Assembly (NCBI GenBank): GCA_965240325.2
Contig: OZ251223.1
Coordinates: 2,232,001-2,296,000, forward strand
Length of the DNA: 64,000 nucleotides
Source: Rebecca billardiae RCC1528
Lineage: Eukaryota > Protista > Haptophyta
Direction: 5' to 3'
The notes beneath the pieces are model-generated. The model made no database searches. It was not told where the DNA came from and saw only the letters and a program-made list of their open reading frames with translations. Of this stretch, positions 58,742 to 64,000 are shown one piece after another. The translations under genes and the position numbers were made by a program. The first letter of the stretch is position 1, and every line of letters starts with the position of its first letter.

Positions 58742-59860
58742 ACGAGAATTTCGGAGTTGTGTGTTGAACATTTGTTACCATCCGGTCCGCGGTTGACCGG
58801 TAACTACTCGGTAGTACAATAAGTACACTCCTCACAGTCTCACTCACCGATGCCAGTCACCGAGTGCGGCAGTCCTGACTGAGACTGAGTCCGTCACCGG
58901 TCCGGGCAGACCAGGAGTGAGGAGAGTCCGCGGGGGCTGTCCGCGCCGCGGTACTAGCTTGAGTAGCTAGGCCGGGCCCGGGACAACTCGCGGTCGTTAA
59001 TACTCCGTACGTACTCGGGGCTCATGAGTCAGTCGCTGCCGGTCTGTCCATGACGCGGGCCCAGCAGGGCCAGGCCCGCCAACGGCTAAGGTGGCAGGTC
59101 CAGGACTCTTCGGGGGCTATGTGCTATGAGTCAGGGCCGCCCGGCTCTGCATCATCTCACATCTGATTACTTTTAGTTTTATTATAACTAACTACGACAT
59201 TTTTGATTGGATTTATTAGAAGAGGTCAATATTAATAACGCACGCGCTGTACCTATACGCGTACGGTACTACATTTTAAATATGTCGCTCGGATTAGACC
59301 GAGTAATGACTTGTAACTAACTAAACTAACTCGGAAATAACTAATAAGTAACCGTGCCAACCGACACCGTCATCCGATACTCGATAGTGTCTCGGGGTCA
59401 GTGACTTCACACTGAGACCGCCTGCACCCGAGCGGCGAGCCGAGTCGCCGCGCGGCACCGCGCGGTCGGTCAGGCTCAGCGTTCCGACTCGTCCAACTCC
59501 TAGGCCGGCCGCGATTCCTGGCGAAGGCCGATTGGCGATTGGCCCACTGGACCGCATATCGATCTCGCCGGGTCACTCCGACGACTCTGGGCCGACGTGG
59601 CTGCGCTGCGGCGGCAGCCAGCGCAGCTTGCAGCTGGGCGCCTTGGTCACTTGTTGACCGTGCGGCTGGCCGACAGGCTGGCACGCAAACCGAGTCGTCG
59701 CTGATGTTGTCCTTGAATGCTGATGCGTTGCTCTGTGTCTGCCATGGCGCTTGCCGCTGTGTCTGCCGTGGCGCTTGCCGCCGCACAACATCAGCACCGG
59801 CATGTCCTGACGGTGCGCGGTATCGGCCCCCACCGTCACTCGCACATCCCGGGCCCATGC

Positions 59861-60448
59861 TCAGAACCAGCTGCCCCAGCGAGGCGTCGTGGACGTGTAC
59901 TGCTTCCACTGGCGCGGGAAGCCCTTTGAGAGCAGCTTCTCCTCTGCGGGGATCACGATCTTGGAGAGGTAGGCGGGGAATAGCGGCGAGACGACCAGGA
60001 GTGCGATCGAGTCCAGCAGCACCGCGAGCGCTGGGATGAGTGGCCACGTGGCATCGTACAGCGGGTTTCTCGAGCGCTCGAAGGGGCCGGTCGTGACGAG
60101 ACCCTTGACCGGCGTGAAGCGGATCCCGGTCTGCTTGGTGGACAACTCGTCCTCGACCATGCGCTTCATGTTGAGCTGGTACGCGATCGCCAAGGCGAAG
60201 AGCGCGAGGCGGAGAGGGAACATCTTCAGGGGCCACGGCAGAAATCGCCAGCGTCCGAACATGCCCTGCAGGATCAGGCCAAGTACCACCACCAGCAACG
60301 CCGCGAGGGGCGGAAACACTGGGATCTCGCCACCGAGGCCCACGCTCAGCTGGGGCGACCCAGAACTTGGCGCCGATGGCGCCACGAAGGAGAAGTTGTA
60401 CAGCCAGTCAGCGAAGTGCTGCGCTTCGTAGAGGGGGTTGGCCGACAT
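59861..60448 (-). CDS. ICMT/PEMT-family membrane methyltransferase
   Basis: TM helices and LVTTGPFERSRNPLY...IPAEEKLL...WKQY...TPRW. Confidence 0.85.
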   Translation of the reverse strand: MSANPLYEAQHFADWLYNFSFVAPSAPSSGSPQLSVGLGGEIPVFPPLAALLVVVLGLILQGMFGRWRFLPWPLKMFPLRLALFALAIAYQLNMKRMVEDELSTKQTGIRFTPVKGLVTTGPFERSRNPLYDATWPLIPALAVLLDSIALLVVSPLFPAYLSKIVIPAEEKLLSKGFPRQWKQYTSTTPRWGSWF

Positions 60449-60743
60449 GATATCTCGCAATGTGCCGTGCTCCGAAGGCGTTCGCCGGGATGTGGGGGGT
60501 GTGCCGACCGTCGTTCGGGACGGGCGACCGACGAAAGCGCCGAGAAATCTCAAATCGGAAATCGATCGACCGAAACCGAAAAATGCGGAGGCGACCGAAA
60601 GCGGCTGTCAGAGAAATCTCAATAAATCGGAAATCGACCGACGTCGCGCCGAACTCCGCCGTGCCGCGGTACGAGCGAGGGCGCCTGGCCGTGAGGACGG
60701 CACGGCCGCGGAGCCTGCGAGCGTGCCGCCCGCCGGTAGCGAC

Positions 60744-62276
60744 ATGGCGGGGCTATTCCCGCCCGAGTTCGAGCAGCTCTTCAGGCAGATCCGCGACAAC
60801 ATGCCGCCAGGCGGCTACCCGGGCATGGGCGACTTTCCGGGCATGGGCAGCTCTCCGCCGCCGCCGCCGGCCCACGCGCCGGCCCACGGAGAAATCGTCG
60901 GCATGATCCATGCGATGGAGCGCGCCGGTCGGCCAGAGGAGGCGATGCTGCTGCAGCTGAGTAACATGGCCTTCAGCGACCCGCGCCATCGCTCGCGCAC
61001 CTTTGGTGACCCGCTCGTCGACCGGCTGATGAGCATCCTCCGCGAGCGCTACGCCGACCCCGAGTCCGACTTCCGCGCCAACTTCGAGCAGCGGACCTCG
61101 AAGCAGCTGCAGCGCGAGTTCGGGCTGGATGACGACGACGCGCTCACGCTGTACAACACGGTGACCAACAGCACGCGCTCGCCGCCAATGCCAGAGCGCG
61201 TCGCGGTCGTGCGCGCCATCCTGGACAAGTACTCGCTGCCCGCGGACGTGCCGCTGGGCAAGGGGTACGGCGAGACGCTGCTCGGCGAGGCGATCGACGC
61301 CTGTCGCGAGGACGAGCTGGGGATGGTGCGCTTCCTAATCGAGGAGCGCGGCGCGGACCCGACCATCTCGAACCACTTTGGCGACACCGCGCTCAGCGGC
61401 GCCGTGCGCGCGGCCAAGTGGGCAGTGGCTCGCTACCTGTGCGAGACCGTCCCTGAGGCGGCGATGCGCCCAATGCTGGCGGCGCGCACGAACACGGGCT
61501 TCTGCGCGCTGCGGCTGTGCGCGATTAACATCAGCTCGACGAGCTACGCGCAGGTGGACGAGGCGCTCGACGTCTTCCGCACGCTCGTGCGCCGCGGCGC
61601 GCCGCTCAACCGGGTCTCCTTCTCCGGCGGGTGCGTCGTGGCGAGCTTGCTCGAGGAGCCGGAGCGGAAGATGCGCCTGGCGAGCCATGAGCCGCGCGGC
61701 GAGCGCGGCCGGCGCGCGGTCGCATCGTGGCGCGGCGCGGAGGGCGCGCTGCGCGCCCTCTTCACCGGCGAGCGCGCGCACGAGATCGACATGACGCTCG
61801 CAATCAAGCACATGCGCGCGCCCAGCACGCTCGCTGAGGAGGCGGTCCGCTGCGCCGACCCGTCGTGCCGCGGGCTCGTGCTGCGCGCGGCCGCGGAGCG
61901 CGAGCGCGAGCGGCCGGGCAGCGGCGACCCGGACAACGTGCTGCAGCTGCGCGCGGGCGCGTCGCGCGGCAGCGTGCGCCATGGCTCGCTGCTGGGCGGG
62001 AGCCACGTGCCGCGCTCGGACCCGCCGGCCAACGCGTGTGCCAACTGCGCGCGCTCGCCGACGGCGCTGCGCTGCAGCGGCTGCGCGTACGCGCGCTACT
62101 GCAGCAAGGAGTGCCAGCGCGAGCACTGGGCCAAGCCGAGCGGCGCGCACCGGCGCGAGTGCGCCTCGGCCAAGCACAGGCTGCGACGCACCGTGCAGGT
62201 GCTCAGGCACGCGAACGGCGCGGACGTGGCGGACCCGCAGCACCTGCGGCGCGGCACGCACTACGGGTACAGCTGA
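60744..62276 (+). CDS. Ankyrin-repeat plus MYND zinc-finger protein (may read through TGA to 62885)
   Basis: YGETLL...MVRFLIEERGADP...FGDTAL; MYND CANC...CSGC...YCSKECQREHW...HRREC. Confidence 0.88.
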   Translation: MAGLFPPEFEQLFRQIRDNMPPGGYPGMGDFPGMGSSPPPPPAHAPAHGEIVGMIHAMERAGRPEEAMLLQLSNMAFSDPRHRSRTFGDPLVDRLMSILRERYADPESDFRANFEQRTSKQLQREFGLDDDDALTLYNTVTNSTRSPPMPERVAVVRAILDKYSLPADVPLGKGYGETLLGEAIDACREDELGMVRFLIEERGADPTISNHFGDTALSGAVRAAKWAVARYLCETVPEAAMRPMLAARTNTGFCALRLCAINISSTSYAQVDEALDVFRTLVRRGAPLNRVSFSGGCVVASLLEEPERKMRLASHEPRGERGRRAVASWRGAEGALRALFTGERAHEIDMTLAIKHMRAPSTLAEEAVRCADPSCRGLVLRAAAERERERPGSGDPDNVLQLRAGASRGSVRHGSLLGGSHVPRSDPPANACANCARSPTALRCSGCAYARYCSKECQREHWAKPSGAHRRECASAKHRLRRTVQVLRHANGADVADPQHLRRGTHYGYS

Positions 62277-62885
62277 GCGAGCACGTGCGGCCAGGCGGCC
62301 TTGGCGCGCGCCGATGGGCGCTCCGAGTGCGCGTGCGTCACGGCGCGCCGGCCGTGCCTCGGCAGCTGCCCACACCACGCGGAGACCAACCCGTTCAACA
62401 GCGCGCGCCTCACGACAGGCGAGGTGGTGAGCGAGCTCTCCGCGTGTGCGCGCGCGCACCTGCCGCTGGTGTGCGCGCTCACACCCGAGCAGCTGGCCGC
62501 GCGCTACCCGCTCGCGTGCATCGAGCGCTGGGGGAACCACGCCGGCGAGCACTCGGTCGCAGACGGCCGATCCGACGTGCCGCTGCGCGAGCTGCTCGGC
62601 GAGAGCTTCGACGGGTGCGAGTGGTGCGCGGCCGACGGGGAGCAGCACTTCTGCTTCTGCATGGGGACGGCCGTGAACAACAACCTCGTGGAGCACTGCA
62701 CCTTCTGCGGGCGCTGCTTCTACGAGTGCCACGAGTTCTCGCACTGCGCGCTCTGCCGGCACAAGGAGCCCGACGTGTGGGATGATGCGCGCAGCGACGT
62801 GAACGCGCCGGAAGCGCTGTGGGCGTTCGAGGAGCCGTCGTGGGAGGCGCGCGGGCTTGCGCGGGAGGGCTACTGGGGCTACTAG
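62277..62885 (+). CDS. Cys-rich in-frame continuation after TGA
   Basis: Same frame as the upstream ORF, coding-like codon usage, CxC/CxxC clusters, and no ATG near its start. Confidence 0.6.
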   Translation, partial: ASTCGQAALARADGRSECACVTARRPCLGSCPHHAETNPFNSARLTTGEVVSELSACARAHLPLVCALTPEQLAARYPLACIERWGNHAGEHSVADGRSDVPLRELLGESFDGCEWCAADGEQHFCFCMGTAVNNNLVEHCTFCGRCFYECHEFSHCALCRHKEPDVWDDARSDVNAPEALWAFEEPSWEARGLAREGYWGY

Positions 62886-63000
62886 TTAGTGTACTAGCTT
62901 TCTGCTCGTGGACCACGGTCGTCGTCACTACCAGCACTGGCATGCAGGCAGTCTGCTGCTGCTGACGATCGACGATGTCAGAAATATATATATATATATA

Positions 63001-63684
63001 TGCTGACCATCTCGCTGAGCCAGTCGCGCTACAGGGTGAGCGACGGCCGCAACGGTGCGGTGCGCCACCGCGCGGAACTCGTCCCGCGCGAGCGGCGCAA
63101 GCAGCTGCAGCTCCTCGACCGCGAGGTCTACGGCACGCTTGAGGGCCAGGTGGGCCCATACGAGGCGCGGCTCGACACCTTCCCCGCGATCGTCCCGATT
63201 GTCGTGGGGGCGTTCGGCGAGTGGAGCGCGGAGGTGGACCTCACCCTCAAGAAGATCGCCAAGATGGGGCGGGACACGTGGCGCGCGCGCCTCAGCGCGC
63301 CCTCGCGCCCCGCCGCCGAGCGCGCGCTGCTCGGCACCATGCGGCGCGAGCTGGGCATGCGCTGCCTGCGTGGCCAGGCCAAGATGCTCATCGCCCGCGC
63401 GCGCATGGCGCACGTGCGCCCGGGGGCACGCGCCCGCGGGGGCGCTGCATACGACGACTACTTCGAGACGACGGCTGACGACGCGTGGCACCGCGACCAC
63501 CGCGGTGGCGCGTGCGCGTCGACGCCAGACGGTGCGTCGAGCTTCCGCTCGGCGATGGAGTGATGGGCGACTATGAGGGGGGGGACGACGGCGAGGAGCG
63601 CTGATCCTGGTGTTTGTCTCTGCTGCTCGATCTGCTGCTACAGCTTGCTGACTCTGACGCCTGCCCGTTGCATACCACGTCGTT
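63001..63684 (+). mobile_element. 5'-truncated RLE-type (CRE/R2-like) non-LTR retrotransposon 3' end, within (AT)n
   Basis: VGPYEARL...PIVVGAFGEWS...MRRELGMRCLRGQAKML resembles the C-terminus of restriction-like endonuclease domains. Short 3' UTR, with (AT)n at both ends. Confidence 0.65.
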
Positions 63685-64000
63685 AATATATATATGCTGT
63701 CAAATGCAGCGCACAGAAAAAACCTTCGGACCACCAGGAAAACCCGAAAAGCGAATATAGAATATGTATTCAGCACTGGCGGCGTGCGCGCGTGCATCGC
63801 GCGCATCTTCCACGGCCGCCAATCAGCACGGTCCTCCCCAAGGGAGGTGCAATTGCGTTCGCGCTCTCGAGCCGAGCCGTGCGGCGAGCAGTCATGGGGC
63901 TTCTGCGCGCCATCTCGCTTGGCGCTCTCGTCACGTCGATTGCTGCACACGCGCCGCTCCGCTCGTCCTCGTTCGCGCGGCCCGCTGCCGTGCGCGCGAG

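Overview
Very GC-rich eukaryotic nuclear DNA. Short GT-AG introns and genes with signal/transit-like leaders suggest a photosynthetic protist, possibly a haptophyte (inference only). About 17 host genes are present, mostly as tight head-to-head pairs: TPR/PDZ-ferredoxin, hypothetical/TPR, RING-DCD/DCP2, MSH3/AP endonuclease, PH/NDUFB6-like and ICMT-like/Ank-MYND. A secreted Pro/Thr-repeat protein, a C2-calpain-LIM protease, a SNAPC4-like Myb-PHD protein and an aldo-keto reductase are also present. The intervals between genes are packed with mobile DNA: a hAT-like transposase carrying a chromodomain inside its catalytic region, two TA-flanked MITEs, three Helentron-like non-autonomous elements, TIR elements with 7- and 9-bp TSDs, (AT)n-associated insertions, and an 8.5-kb foldback element whose interior is an array of palindromic modules joined by a recurring GGYTGG motif. 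The best novelty candidates are the palindrome-cassette array, the chromodomain transposase, an in-frame TGA at a likely Cys position (possible selenoprotein), and a head-to-tail dimer with a swapped internal cassette. One 100-N assembly gap. All calls come from reading the sequence by eye; no database searches were run.
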